Assembly: GCA_011391125.1 (NCBI GenBank)
Contig: JAABRE010000014.1
Span: forward strand, 4,109-68,108
Length of the DNA stretch: 64,000 nucleotides
Reading direction: 5' to 3'
Source of the DNA: Synechococcales cyanobacterium S06
GTDB taxonomy: Bacteria > Cyanobacteriota > Cyanobacteriia > Cyanobacteriales > JAABRE01
The notes under the pieces were generated by a model. The model ran no database searches and was not told the origin of the DNA. It worked only from the letters and a program-made list of their open reading frames with translations. A program made the translations under genes and the position numbers. This document shows, one piece after another, positions 36,405-46,089 of the stretch (positions are counted from its first letter, which is position 1; each line of letters starts with the position of its first letter).

Positions 36405-36578
36405 ATGACCACCCATTTTATTACTGCTGAAATTGATTTAACCGAAGCTCCCGTTAAACTTCCCCAAGCAATTGAATCCCATTTGCAAAAAAGCGGCCAA
36501 CCCCTACGCTGGGCAATTACCGAAGTTGACCAAGAAAAGCAAAAAGTCCTCGTCGAAGCTGTTGTCACCCGTGACTAA
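36405..36578 (+). CDS. Small conserved-looking protein (57 aa), function unknown
   Basis: MTTHFITAEIDLTEAPVKLPQAIESHLQKSGQPLRWAITEVDQEKQKVLVEAVVTRD. The longer ORF-track version (from 36282) only translates the heptamer array. Confidence 0.5.
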   Translation: MTTHFITAEIDLTEAPVKLPQAIESHLQKSGQPLRWAITEVDQEKQKVLVEAVVTRD

Positions 36579-37626
36579 ACCCCTTTTTACCGCAGTTTTG
36601 ATTGTACCGACGGGCATTGGCGCAACCATTGGAGGTTATGCTGGTGATGCTTTACCTGTGGCTAGAGCTATCAGTCAAGTGTGCGATCGCCTCATAACCC
36701 ACCCCAATGTCCTCAATGGGGCCCAATTGTATTGGTCAGAGGATCATATCTCTTATGTGGAAGGGTTCGGTTTAGACCAATTCGCCCAAGGTAATTGGGG
36801 TTTACGTCCGGTTTCCCAAAATCGAGTCGGTTTGATTTTAGATGCAGGAATTGAGTCGGAATTGCTTTTACGTCATATTCAAGCAGCAGAAGCCACTAAA
36901 GCTACTTTAGGCTTAAATATTAGCGATTATATTATTACTGACGCACCTTTACAGGTGGCGTTGCAAAATACATCAGGTGCTAGTTGGGGTACGATTGGTA
37001 ATACTGCAAGTCTCCTCCGCGCCGCCGAAAAATTGATTAGCCAAGCTAAAGTGGGGGCGATCGCCGTGGTGGCGCGCTTCCCCGATGATCCAGAAAGTCA
37101 AGCTTTGGCCGATTATCGCCATGGTAAGGGCATTGATCAATTAGCCGGTGCTGAAGCGGTCATCTCCCATTTGATTGTCAGGAATTTCAAAATACCCTGC
37201 GCCCATGCTCCAGCGTTGTCTCCTTTACCAGTTGATCCTGACTTGTCACCGCGAGCGGCCGCTGAAGAATTAGGTTATACTTTTTTGCCCTGTGTTTTAG
37301 TTGGTTTAAGTCGTGCGCCGCAATTTATTCTTAATAGAAATAAGACAATTTCTACTGATATTTGGTCAGAGCAAATTGACGCTCTGATTATTCCAGCCAA
37401 TGCCTGTGGTGGTTGCGCTGTATTGAGTTTAAGTGATTCTAATACTAAGATTATTGTGGTAGAAGAAAATACTACTGCTCTGAATGTTACTCCTGAAATG
37501 TTAGGAATTAAGGCTATTAAAGTGAAATCTTATTTAGAGGCGATCGGTTATTTAGTAGCTTTTCGTGCGGGGATCAACCCGAATTCATTAACCCAAAATT
37601 CTGCATCATTAAATTTACTTCGTTAA
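36571..37626 (+). CDS. Conserved hypothetical protein (possibly DUF3326-like); start uncertain
   Basis: The open frame runs from 36472. The GTG at 36571 overlaps the upstream stop (GTGACTAA) and begins VTKPLFTAVLIVPTGIGATIGGYAGDALPVA. No catalytic motif recognised. Confidence 0.6.
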   Translation: MTKPLFTAVLIVPTGIGATIGGYAGDALPVARAISQVCDRLITHPNVLNGAQLYWSEDHISYVEGFGLDQFAQGNWGLRPVSQNRVGLILDAGIESELLLRHIQAAEATKATLGLNISDYIITDAPLQVALQNTSGASWGTIGNTASLLRAAEKLISQAKVGAIAVVARFPDDPESQALADYRHGKGIDQLAGAEAVISHLIVRNFKIPCAHAPALSPLPVDPDLSPRAAAEELGYTFLPCVLVGLSRAPQFILNRNKTISTDIWSEQIDALIIPANACGGCAVLSLSDSNTKIIVVEENTTALNVTPEMLGIKAIKVKSYLEAIGYLVAFRAGINPNSLTQNSASLNLLR

Positions 37627-37673
37627 AAATTGTTAAATATTTGTAGTGGAAGCATCTTGCCGGCTAAAATTAG

Positions 37674-37736
37674 TAGGGTGGACCATTTAAAATAAATTAA
37701 AATTTATGGAGACTCTCTCTGGTTAATTGCCCACTC
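37674..37736. repeat. Degenerate third copy of the GGTGGGCAATT hairpin repeat
   Basis: TAGGGTGGACCATT ... TTAATTGCCCAC, 32 nt upstream of the CPBP protease gene. Confidence 0.5.
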
Positions 37737-37767
37737 TAACCACCATCAATAACTCATTCTAAAACCT

Positions 37768-38361
37768 GTGAATAATCCTAATCATAACGAAATTGAAACC
37801 TTAACTCGTACCCAAATTTTAGGGGTAATGGCTATTACTGCTTTAATCTTATTAATCATAGCTAAAGTCTGGCAAAAATTAGGATCAGTGCAAATCTTGC
37901 CTCTACAATTAGATTTAAAAACGTTAATTTTAGGCTTAATTGTTGCCCTAGGAATTACTATTTGTAGTGCCATTATTTATCGAATTTGGCCTAGTTATCG
38001 TCGCAGTGCCAACTATTATTTAGAATTAGTAATTAAACCTTTAATGTGGCCAGATATAATTTGGTTGGGTTTATTACCAGGATTAAGTGAAGAGTTATTA
38101 TTTCGCGGTGTTATGTTACCAGCGATCGGTTTAAATATGCTTGGTTTAATTGTTTCTAGTTTAGCATTTGGAGTATTACATTTAAGCGGTGAAAATCAGT
38201 GGTCCTACGTAGTTTGGGCCACCATTATTGGCGGTATTTTAGGTTATATAGCAATAATAACCGGTAATTTAGCTATTCCTATAATTGCCCATATTTTAAC
38301 TAATTTTATCTCCGGTTTATTATGGAAATTTGGCAAAAATGTTGGCTTTACCTCTTCCTGA
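37768..38361 (+). CDS. CPBP-family intramembrane glutamic endopeptidase (CAAX protease/Abi)
   Basis: 197 aa, multi-TM, with SEELLFRG (EExxxR), FGVLHL (FxxxH) and AHILTNF (HxxxN). GTG start. Confidence 0.85.
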   Translation: MNNPNHNEIETLTRTQILGVMAITALILLIIAKVWQKLGSVQILPLQLDLKTLILGLIVALGITICSAIIYRIWPSYRRSANYYLELVIKPLMWPDIIWLGLLPGLSEELLFRGVMLPAIGLNMLGLIVSSLAFGVLHLSGENQWSYVVWATIIGGILGYIAIITGNLAIPIIAHILTNFISGLLWKFGKNVGFTSS

Positions 38362-38460
38362 CAATTCATCAAATACCGTTACAAACATTAAATTACCAGA
38401 ATGAAAATAAAATCATGCAATAATTTTCAGTCATAGAATTTGAGATAAAAAAGGAAAAAA

Positions 38461-38607
38461 ATGTTAAAGAATAATACGGAACTTAACTTACTTCAAGAAG
38501 CCGAACAATTAATAGAAGAAAATAAATTATCAGAAGCAATTATTTGTTGTCAAAAACTTATTAAAAATGAACCCTTACAACCTATTCAGATAATTTTGAT
38601 TAAATAA
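38461..38607 (+). pseudogene. Orphan 48-codon ORF resembling the first TPR unit of a larger protein
   Basis: MLKNNTELNLLQEAEQLIEENKLSEAIICCQKLIKNEPLQP resembles an N-terminal TPR. It terminates abruptly. Confidence 0.25.
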
Positions 38608-38629
38608 GGATTTAATCCTTTAGACAACC

Positions 38630-39304
38630 TTAATTTCTTGGATTAAAATTAGATAATTGTTCTAAAATCGCTTGCTGTTTTCGTTCGATCGCCTCTAGTT
38701 TTCCTAAAATATTAACATTATTTTGTGCATTATAATAATTATTATTTAATGGTTGATTAACTTTTTTCAAGAAAACAAATTTACTGATTAACCAAGGTGT
38801 TCTTAAAATGGAAATCAAAATTTGCTTGAGTAATTCAATAATAAGTTGCCAGAGGGAAAAAATTAATAAAAGACAAACAAAACTAATAATTATCCCGAAA
38901 ATTGGGTGAGTAAAAAGCCAGTTTAACAAGGGATGTTCTTGAATCCAACCATGAAGAAAAGTATCTAAAGAAAGATTAATTTTTTCGCTTAAATCATGCT
39001 TTAAAGTGTCAGCTTTTTCGATGGTTTCATTGAGAGAAGCTTTACTTTTTTCCGTAACTACCGTAATCTGATTAGTTAAATGATCAGTAGTTTCCGTGAG
39101 ATTAGTTTTAAAAGATTCGGTTGCTTGATTTTTAACATTAGTAATCTCCTGTTTATATTGGGAAACAGTATCTAAACTTTGCTGCTGTAAATCATGAAAA
39201 GTAGTCTTTAATTCTTGGGTTTTTTGAGTTAATTTCTCTAAATTTTCCCCGGTAATTGGGTTTTTAAAATTAATTTCTGAGATTAAAATTTGAAAAAAAG
39301 TCAT
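38630..39304 (-). CDS. Hypothetical membrane-anchored helical-repeat protein
   Basis: Likely ATG at 39304. Polar helical repeats rich in T/N/Q/K/E, then TM segments (IFGIIISFVCLLLIFSLWQLII). Confidence 0.55.
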   Translation of the reverse strand: MTFFQILISEINFKNPITGENLEKLTQKTQELKTTFHDLQQQSLDTVSQYKQEITNVKNQATESFKTNLTETTDHLTNQITVVTEKSKASLNETIEKADTLKHDLSEKINLSLDTFLHGWIQEHPLLNWLFTHPIFGIIISFVCLLLIFSLWQLIIELLKQILISILRTPWLISKFVFLKKVNQPLNNNYYNAQNNVNILGKLEAIERKQQAILEQLSNFNPRN

Positions 39305-39802
39305 AAATAAATCCTCTCTTAACTTGTTAGTATTATACAGTAATAGTAATTGAAAAATCGCCCTTTTAAAACTTAACAAATAAACTTAGCGCACTTCTTT
39401 GCACCTCTGCTTCGAGTGCGTGAGATTATGATTGTACTATTATTAAATACGAAAAAACAACAAAAAGGAGAATTTTTCTCACCCGACAACGGAGGCACAA
39501 TGAAAATTAAGACAAACTGACTGAGTCCGTTCCGGATTTGCAAAAAGAAACTAATCAAGTAACTGAGGCAGTTAAAGAATTGTGTCAGAAATCAAAAAAC
39601 AATTTTGTATCTTTTCAGCAAAATTGCCCGTGGGAGGTGAATTTAGCCTTTTGGTTTATTAGCCACTGCAAATATTACCACCTGTTAGCCCTATTTTAGG
39701 AAGTAAAAGGAAAAATATTTTTAATTACGGAATCAGAGAAAATGGGATTGTAGATAAAAATAAGAACATAAATAATAAAAGAATTATCTTAAGGAGATAG
39801 TA

Positions 39803-40348
39803 ATGATTAATCCGATAAATCCAGAGAAAAAGCAGTTAGATCAATATAGAATTGAGTTATTAGATACTATTCTGACAGAAGATAATATTTATCCTTGGGA
39901 AATTTCAGTAGAAAGTACAGCAGCTTATTTTAATAACTTAGAATCCCTTAATATTGAGACTGAAATAAATACAGATAATTTTTTTTCTTACTTAGATAAT
40001 TGTTGGCAATCTTTTGATAATAATAAGTTAGAAACATCTTTACGGGAAAAATTTGGTCAATTAATTCCCCAAGAATTTTATCAAATGATTGTTAATCAAG
40101 CTACAAAAATTATTAGCGAAGAATTAACCGCAATAGAACAGTTAATAAAATGTGTACAACCCTTATTAACAAATTGGGGAGAAGAAGATTTACAAACCTT
40201 TGCACGTCCTTTTGTTTATGCTACCAGAAGCGGTAAAAAAGCCCATACAGAAGAGATAAACTGGGATAAGCTTTCAGAAGTCAAAAAAGCGCGTTTAACC
40301 GTGGAAATCGCCCATTTTGCCCTTAAACAATTGACAATTGACAATTGA
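39803..40348 (+). CDS. Hypothetical protein (181 aa)
   Basis: Clean ORF with AAGGAG Shine-Dalgarno 8 nt upstream. No motif recognised. Confidence 0.6.
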   Translation: MINPINPEKKQLDQYRIELLDTILTEDNIYPWEISVESTAAYFNNLESLNIETEINTDNFFSYLDNCWQSFDNNKLETSLREKFGQLIPQEFYQMIVNQATKIISEELTAIEQLIKCVQPLLTNWGEEDLQTFARPFVYATRSGKKAHTEEINWDKLSEVKKARLTVEIAHFALKQLTIDN

Positions 40349-40386
40349 TTTACTATCAACTATCAACTATCAATTATCAATTATTC
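40331..40386. repeat. Heptamer array, 8 units (TTGACAA x2, TTGATTT, ACTATCA x3, ATTATCA, ATTATTC)
   Basis: Read directly. It contains the stop codons of both convergent genes (TGA 40346-40348; TTA 40381-40383 on the minus strand). Confidence 0.9.
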
Positions 40387-40590
40387 TTGATTTGCTTTTC
40401 TAGCGTCAGCCACCGCACCAATAAAAGATGCTATGGTCAAAGGGATACTGACCGCTAAAATAATACCCGTTGTCATTGTACCCAATTCCGGCTGTCCCGA
40501 ACTAATCTCGAATACTGAACCAACAGCGGCGATCGCCGCAATACAAGAAAGCAATAATAAAAGACCGCTTTTTGGGGTCATTGTGATCAT
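40381..40590 (-). CDS. Small two-TM membrane protein (69 aa)
   Basis: Two hydrophobic helices (LLLLLSCIAAIAAVGSVF; GIILAVSIPLTIASFIGAV). It lies 15 nt downstream of def. Confidence 0.5.
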   Translation of the reverse strand: MITMTPKSGLLLLLSCIAAIAAVGSVFEISSGQPELGTMTTGIILAVSIPLTIASFIGAVADARKANQE

Positions 40591-40605
40591 ATCAACAAAC
40601 TCTCC

Positions 40606-41169
40606 TTAATGAATGGGTTTCACAGCTTGAACAGAAAAACCTTGTTTTTTTAATTCCTCAGTTAAAGCTAAACCATTTTCGACGCGATCGACAAATAAAA
40701 CCCCTTTCAGGTGGTCCATTTCATGTTGAATTACACGAGACAACAAGTCATTGGCCTTGATTTGGCGTGGTTTTCCGTGTTCATCCTTAAAAGTAACTTC
40801 TATTTTTTCAGGACGATTGACTTCCATATAAACATTAGGAACACTTAAACAACCTTCTTCCATGGAACACGATTCGCGACCATACTTGGTAATAGAAGGA
40901 TTAATCATAATCAAAGGTGGATTGGCGGGGTTATCAGGTTGAGTATCAATCACAATTAGTTGCTTATTCACACCGACTTGGGGAGCAGCTAAACCAATAC
41001 CATTCGCGCTATACATAGTTTGTAGCATTTCGCGAGCCAATTCCCTGATATTATCATCAATTTTAGCAATGCGTTTAGCATCACCACGCAACGCTTTGTC
41101 ACCCAAATAATGAATTTCTAAAGGGGGTTTAGCTAACTTTTGTTTTTCAACTGCAATTACAGAAGTCAT
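40606..41169 (-). CDS. def: Peptide deformylase
   Basis: 187 aa with GIGLAAPQVG, EGCLSVP and QHEMDHL. Confidence 0.97.
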   Translation of the reverse strand: MTSVIAVEKQKLAKPPLEIHYLGDKALRGDAKRIAKIDDNIRELAREMLQTMYSANGIGLAAPQVGVNKQLIVIDTQPDNPANPPLIMINPSITKYGRESCSMEEGCLSVPNVYMEVNRPEKIEVTFKDEHGKPRQIKANDLLSRVIQHEMDHLKGVLFVDRVENGLALTEELKKQGFSVQAVKPIH

Positions 41170-41262
41170 AGAATTAGAAAATAAACACGATAACTGATTT
41201 TAATTATATTTTAACAGTTATCGTAGGGGCGCGGTCTTCTAGCCCTATATTATTTATACTGT

Positions 41263-41955
41263 ATGATTAAATATTTATTATTGGTAATTAAATTTATGAA
41301 TGAAAATCACCAAAATCCGGCAATTTTACAGGAAATATTAACAGAATTAAAAATTGCTCAAGAAGAAAGACAGCAAATTTTAGTTAAATTGCAACAACTA
41401 GAAAAAATATTAAAACCAGAGACAGAAATTAAGCTAATTAAGCTAAATATTCCCCAAAAACCTGCCCAAATAGAACCAATTTTTAACATAGACTATCAAC
41501 CCTTAACAGAAATGTTAAAAAATCATCAATGGAGGAAAGCTGATCAAGAAACAGCGAGAATAATGTTAAGTTTAGGTAATCAAGAAAAGCAAGGTTATTT
41601 GAGTGAAACTGACCTATATAAATTACCAAAAAACGAGCTAATTAAATTAGATGAAATGTGGTTAAATGCTAGTAATAATAAATTTGGTTTTAGTGTCCAA
41701 AATAAACTCTATCAAAGTTTAGGAGGAAGGAAATTTTTTGAACCAGAAATTTGGCGTAAATTTGGCGAAACCGTTGGTTGGTATGATCGTTCAAACTGGT
41801 TAAATTATGAGCAATTAAACTTTAGTGAAAATGCGCCCATCGGTCATTTACCAGTCATGGGAGATGGTTTAATTTGGTTTGTAGGAGGTTGGGAAGGCAG
41901 TTTTAATGCGTTTTCCATCCTGTTAGTTAAACTTATCCAATTTAACATTATTTAA
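41263..41955 (+). CDS. GUN4-domain protein
   Basis: WRKADQETARIML ... LYKLPKNELIKLDEMWLNASNNKFGFSVQ matches the GUN4 domain pattern. An alternative start lies at 41296. Confidence 0.8.
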   Translation: MIKYLLLVIKFMNENHQNPAILQEILTELKIAQEERQQILVKLQQLEKILKPETEIKLIKLNIPQKPAQIEPIFNIDYQPLTEMLKNHQWRKADQETARIMLSLGNQEKQGYLSETDLYKLPKNELIKLDEMWLNASNNKFGFSVQNKLYQSLGGRKFFEPEIWRKFGETVGWYDRSNWLNYEQLNFSENAPIGHLPVMGDGLIWFVGGWEGSFNAFSILLVKLIQFNII

Positions 41956-41963
41956 AAGTAAAG

Positions 41964-42018
41964 GTTCGTTGTTGCGCTTTAGCGCTATCTTTGCTTGTGC
42001 TAAAGCACAACAACAAAC
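41964..42018. terminator. Bidirectional terminator-like hairpin of the GTTCGTTGTTGCGC family
   Basis: GTTCGTTGTTGCGCTTTAGCGC ... GTGCTAAAGCACAACAACAAAC. It lies between the stops of convergent genes (41955 and 42021). Confidence 0.65.
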
Positions 42019-42020
42019 TT

Positions 42021-43679
42021 TTAATTACTCTTTGTCAAAAGATCACCCTTAATTAAAGTATGTAATTCCCAATTAACATCAGTTTCAGGGTAATCTAAAC
42101 GGTAATGACCTCCCCTACTTTCCTGACGAAAATTAGCACTTTTCAAAATTAAATAAGCAATATCTAATAAATTAAAAGTTTCCCCATAAAAGCTTAATTT
42201 TTCCTCAGAATTTAGCTGAATATTAAGCCCCGGTTGTAACTTATATAAATATTTACTAACCTCGGTTTCTTGTAATTCTAAACGCCATTTTTCTAATTGA
42301 GAAAGTCCTTCTTCCATGACTGATTGAGAGCGACAAATACCCGCACTTTTCCACATTAACTTTGGTAAAAGTTCCCGCACCAATTTTAATTTGGCCAACT
42401 CTTTTTCCCAAGTTTTAGTATCAATAGAAATAGTCTCAAACTCCTCATTAATTTCCTCAGAATTAACCTCAAGTTTAGACAATTGTGCCGCATAAACAAT
42501 ACATTCTAATAACGAATTACTCGCTAATCTATTCGCTCCATGTACCCCCGTACTGGCAGTTTCACCGATCGCATATAAACCAGAAATAGAACTACAATTG
42601 TTCGTATCAACTGCGATACCACCCATCCAATAATGAGCAGCAGGAGTCACCGGAATTGGCTCAGAAAATACATCAATACCCCATTTGGAGCATTTTTTAA
42701 TAATATTAGGAAAACGATAGCGAATTTGAGAATCGGGAATAGGTCGTAAATCCAAGAAAACACGAGCATTGGCGGGATCAACTTCAGTTTTTAATAAATG
42801 ATTGAAAATTGCCCGACTTACCACATCTCTTGGCGCTAATTCTCCCTTGGGGTGATAATCAAAAGCAAAACGATGACCTTTTGAGTCAATCAAATGGGCA
42901 CCTTCCCCCCTGACAGCTTCACTAATCAAAAAATGGGGCGCTCCTGTTTTAGTCAAAGCAGTGGGATGGAATTGGAAAAATTCCAAATCCCGCAACAATG
43001 CACCCGCACGATAGGCGATCGCCACCCCATCCCCCGTGCTAACTTGGGGGTTAGTAGTTTGGGCAAACACTTGACCACCACCTCCCGTTGCCAAAATTAC
43101 CGCACCAGCTTGAATCCAGGTAATTTGATTATCGTATAAAAGACTAATCCCCTTAACTTGGGATTTTTCGGCGTTTAGCCACAAATTTAGGGCAAAAGCG
43201 CCTGGTATTACTTGAATATTCTGTTTTTCTAGCACTTTCGCCGTCAGAATGCTCACGATCGCCCTTCCCGTGGTATCGGCCGCATGAAGTACCCGTGGCC
43301 TTGAATGTGCGGCCTCCAAAGTCATGGCCAAATGACCATCAGTGCGATCGAAAGCCACTCCCATTTTGACCAGAGAATCTATGGCCGCTGGGGCATTTTC
43401 CACCAAAAATTTAACCGCTTCCGAGTCACAAAGACCCGCTCCTGCTTCCATTGTATCCACTAAATGCAGACTAGGAGCGTCATCAGGGGCGATCGCCGCC
43501 GCAATGCCGCCCTGAGCCCAATCACTGGCCCCAGTTTGTAAGGTATCCTTAGTAATTAAAGCGACTCGTAGATGTTCCGGTAAACAAAGTGCCGCATATA
43601 ATCCCGCCGCACCAGCACCAATGACAATAACGTCAAAATGACGAGCCATATTTAAAGAAGGTAAAGAAAGAGGATTCAA
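42021..43679 (-). CDS. nadB: L-aspartate oxidase
   Basis: 552 aa. FAD motif VIVIGAGAAGLYAAL, then HPTAL, ISEAVRGEGA, SRGGHYRLDYP. Confidence 0.95.
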   Translation of the reverse strand: MNPLSLPSLNMARHFDVIVIGAGAAGLYAALCLPEHLRVALITKDTLQTGASDWAQGGIAAAIAPDDAPSLHLVDTMEAGAGLCDSEAVKFLVENAPAAIDSLVKMGVAFDRTDGHLAMTLEAAHSRPRVLHAADTTGRAIVSILTAKVLEKQNIQVIPGAFALNLWLNAEKSQVKGISLLYDNQITWIQAGAVILATGGGGQVFAQTTNPQVSTGDGVAIAYRAGALLRDLEFFQFHPTALTKTGAPHFLISEAVRGEGAHLIDSKGHRFAFDYHPKGELAPRDVVSRAIFNHLLKTEVDPANARVFLDLRPIPDSQIRYRFPNIIKKCSKWGIDVFSEPIPVTPAAHYWMGGIAVDTNNCSSISGLYAIGETASTGVHGANRLASNSLLECIVYAAQLSKLEVNSEEINEEFETISIDTKTWEKELAKLKLVRELLPKLMWKSAGICRSQSVMEEGLSQLEKWRLELQETEVSKYLYKLQPGLNIQLNSEEKLSFYGETFNLLDIAYLILKSANFRQESRGGHYRLDYPETDVNWELHTLIKGDLLTKSN

Positions 43680-43795
43680 TTTTAATTAATTCCCAATATT
43701 TTTTCAAATTGTAACAGCAAAAATGACAACAAGGCCATAACCAGAAAAAAAGGTTTCAGGTTTCCTCCCCCCCTCCTCAGTTATCAGTGAACAGA

Positions 43796-44021
43796 TAATT
43801 AGGGTTTGCTGAATAAATGGCTGGTGAGGGCGAGTTGATAGTTGATAGTTGATAGTTGATAGTTTGACCGGGTCTTTTGACGAGCAAAAATCTTGATTAA
43901 TCCCCGTAAATGTAAGGTTTTTTACTATTATTTGTTGAAATCCTTGCACTTAATTCAAGTCCCACCAACTTGAAATTCTTGATCGACATGGCTTTGTGCT
44001 TTTTTCAGTAAACCCTAATTA
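43796..44021 (+). mobile_element. 226-bp MITE, copy 2
   Basis: Inverted copy of 31062-31287 with the same TIRs. The 81-aa ORF 43704-43949 lies inside it. Confidence 0.85.
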
Positions 44022-44077
44022 ATAACTGGTAACTGGTAACTGATAATTGATAACTGATAACTGATAATTGGGTAATT
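44022..44077. repeat. Heptamer array, 8 units (TAACTGG/TAACTGA/TAATTGA), abutting the MITE end
   Basis: Read directly: ataactg gtaactg gtaactg ataattg ataactg ataactg ataattg ggtaatt. Confidence 0.9.
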
Positions 44078-44093
44078 GATTTAATTTAAAAAG

Positions 44094-44531
44094 ATGCTGA
44101 CAAAATGTATGATTCCCGTCAATAAATCACCTCAAGATTATCGAGCATTTAGGATTAGTCCTGATGATACTAATCGTTTAGCGATTATTTTTGAGCCGAA
44201 AATTGCCGACGCTTCTTTAACCCTCTGTGTCGAAATCTTTGATCCCGGAGGAAAAACCCCTCCTAATCGTCATAATATTGCAGTGGAAATGTTTTTTATT
44301 CTTAAAGGAAACGGACTTGCTGAATGTGACGGCAAAGAAATTGCCTTTACAGCGGGGGATAGCTTATTAGTACCACCCAAAGGTATTCATCAAATCAGAA
44401 ATACCGGTCAAGGTCGTTTGTATGCCCTTTGTTTCATGGTACCGAATGAAAATTTTGCCGAATTAATTTTAAGTGGAACACCTGTGGAATTAGACGAAGA
44501 GGATTTTCTAGTTTTGCAACGTCAAGATTAA
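44094..44531 (+). CDS. Cupin-domain protein
   Basis: 145 aa. GGKTPPNRHNIAVEMFFILKG ... GDSLLVPPKGIHQIRN is a cupin motif 1/2 pattern. Confidence 0.75.
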   Translation: MLTKCMIPVNKSPQDYRAFRISPDDTNRLAIIFEPKIADASLTLCVEIFDPGGKTPPNRHNIAVEMFFILKGNGLAECDGKEIAFTAGDSLLVPPKGIHQIRNTGQGRLYALCFMVPNENFAELILSGTPVELDEEDFLVLQRQD

Positions 44532-44620
44532 GGAATAAAACATCTTTTCAATCGTAATAAACTGACTAGAAAAATAAGAGAAAAAAGCCCAAAGCTAAGC
44601 GCTAAAAGCTAATTGCTAGA

Positions 44621-44652
44621 GAAATCCGATCGCCGAAAAACCACCGGATTTC
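44621..44652. terminator. Hairpin GAAATCCG ... CGGATTTC downstream of rplI
   Basis: 8-bp stem, 28 nt after the rplI stop. Same core word as the hairpins at 36289 and 58090. No clear T-run. Confidence 0.4.
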
Positions 44653-44679
44653 CACAAAATTAAACGGTTTTCCCAGACC

Positions 44680-45138
44680 TTACAGAGGAGCAACTTGAAT
44701 TTCAACCTTAGCAATAACTTCTGGATGTAACTTAAGTTCCACTTGGTAAAATCCCGTTCTACTAATATCAGGTAAAGTCACACCTTTTCTGTCAATTTCC
44801 TGCTTAGTGATTTCCTTAATCACATCAACCACATCTTGACTTGTAACAGTACCAAAAATCGCTTCTCCTTCCCCTACCTGCTTGCGAATGACAAAACGTC
44901 CCACAGTTGCCAGAGCTGTTTTTCTCGCATCTGCTTCCTGTTTAATGGCAATTAAACGCTGACGCTCTTTCTCGCGTCTTTGTTCAACTTGTCTTAAAAT
45001 ACCAGGAGTTGCTAAATTAGCGAAACCTTGGGGAATTAAATAATTACGAGCGTATCCAGGAGCCACTTCCACTAAATCTCCGTTTTTGCCCAATTTAGTC
45101 ACATTTTTGTTTAAAACTACTTGTAATCGTTTAGCCAT
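44680..45138 (-). CDS. rplI: 50S ribosomal protein L9
   Basis: [38 protein letters not shown]. Start taken at the ATG at 45138 (152 aa) rather than the longer ORF-track start. Confidence 0.95.
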   Translation of the reverse strand: MAKRLQVVLNKNVTKLGKNGDLVEVAPGYARNYLIPQGFANLATPGILRQVEQRREKERQRLIAIKQEADARKTALATVGRFVIRKQVGEGEAIFGTVTSQDVVDVIKEITKQEIDRKGVTLPDISRTGFYQVELKLHPEVIAKVEIQVAPL

Positions 45139-45297
45139 TTGTTCTCCTAATTTTGTTTTGATACATTTTACCAAATTTACCATTATATGACTAATGGGCG
45201 ATCGAGGCAAGACTAGAGACCATAAAAATTAGCTTTGATCTTATTAATTGGATTTTAGTTATTATTTGAAAAGCTTAGTTTAAGAGGAAAATAGCAG

Positions 45298-46086
45298 ATG
45301 ACTTCTTGGAAAAATTTAATTCCGTCAAAAACCCGCTCTTCGGTGAGGGAATTTCGCCAAAAATCAAAAAATTATGCTCAGGAACTCAAGTTGATTTGGC
45401 GTGGTTTTCAGTATTCCGGCACTCAAGTTAATTGTCCTTGTTGTGGAGGTCATTTTCGTGAGTTTCTTCCCTTTGGTGTGCAAACTAGAAAAAATGCCCA
45501 ATGTCCTCGTTGTTTATGTTTAGAAAGACACCGTTTATTATGGCTTTATTTTCAAGAAAAAACTAATTTATTTAGAGATAATCTCAAAGTCTTACATATT
45601 GCTCCTGAAAAATGGTTTCAAAAAAAATTAAAATCTTTGTCTAATTTAGATTATCTTAGTGCAGATTTAGACTCATCTTGGGCGATGGAAAATATGGATA
45701 TTACTGATATTAATTATCCAGATAATACCTTTGATGTTATTTTATGTAATCATGTTTTAGAGCATATTCCTGATGATCATAAAGCAATGCAGGAATTATA
45801 TCGGGTACTTAAACAAGGAGGATGGGCAATCTTACAAGTACCCATGGATACCACTAAAGAAACTACTTTTGAAGACAAAAATATTACTTCACCCGAAGAA
45901 AGATTGCGCTTTTTTGGGCAGCAAGATCATGTTAGAATCTACGGCCAAGACTATAAAAATAGACTGGAAAATGCCGGTTTTAATGTTAAAATAGATCAGT
46001 ATGTTAAGGATTTAGATGATACCTTAGTTAAGAAATATGGTCTTAGAAAAGACCATGATATTTATTTTTGTTCTAAAGTTAAATAA
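45298..46086 (+). CDS. Class I SAM-dependent methyltransferase with an N-terminal Cys4 zinc-ribbon
   Basis: CPCCGG ... CPRCLC. Also FDVILCNHVLEHIPDDHKAMQELYRVLKQGGWAIL (Methyltransf_11-like). Confidence 0.8.
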   Translation: MTSWKNLIPSKTRSSVREFRQKSKNYAQELKLIWRGFQYSGTQVNCPCCGGHFREFLPFGVQTRKNAQCPRCLCLERHRLLWLYFQEKTNLFRDNLKVLHIAPEKWFQKKLKSLSNLDYLSADLDSSWAMENMDITDINYPDNTFDVILCNHVLEHIPDDHKAMQELYRVLKQGGWAILQVPMDTTKETTFEDKNITSPEERLRFFGQQDHVRIYGQDYKNRLENAGFNVKIDQYVKDLDDTLVKKYGLRKDHDIYFCSKVK

Positions 46087-46089
46087 TCC

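Noticed and set aside
39373-39558. 61-aa minus-strand ORF upstream of the 38630 gene
   Set aside because: There is no motif. It would require an extended start for a gene whose better ATG is at 39304, and it is probably non-coding leader.
39625-39690. B12-box-like AGCCACTG (39661-39668) preceded by GGGAGGTGAATTTAGCC: possible cobalamin riboswitch
   Set aside because: The other conserved cobalamin-riboswitch blocks are absent (no CUGUCCCGCAACUG-type core and no AGUCAGGA/ACCUGCC 3' block). The segment is too short and the downstream gene has no link to B12.
43704-43949. 81-aa ORF on the minus strand
   Set aside because: It lies almost entirely inside MITE copy 2, and the equivalent frame is not preserved as an ORF in copy 1.
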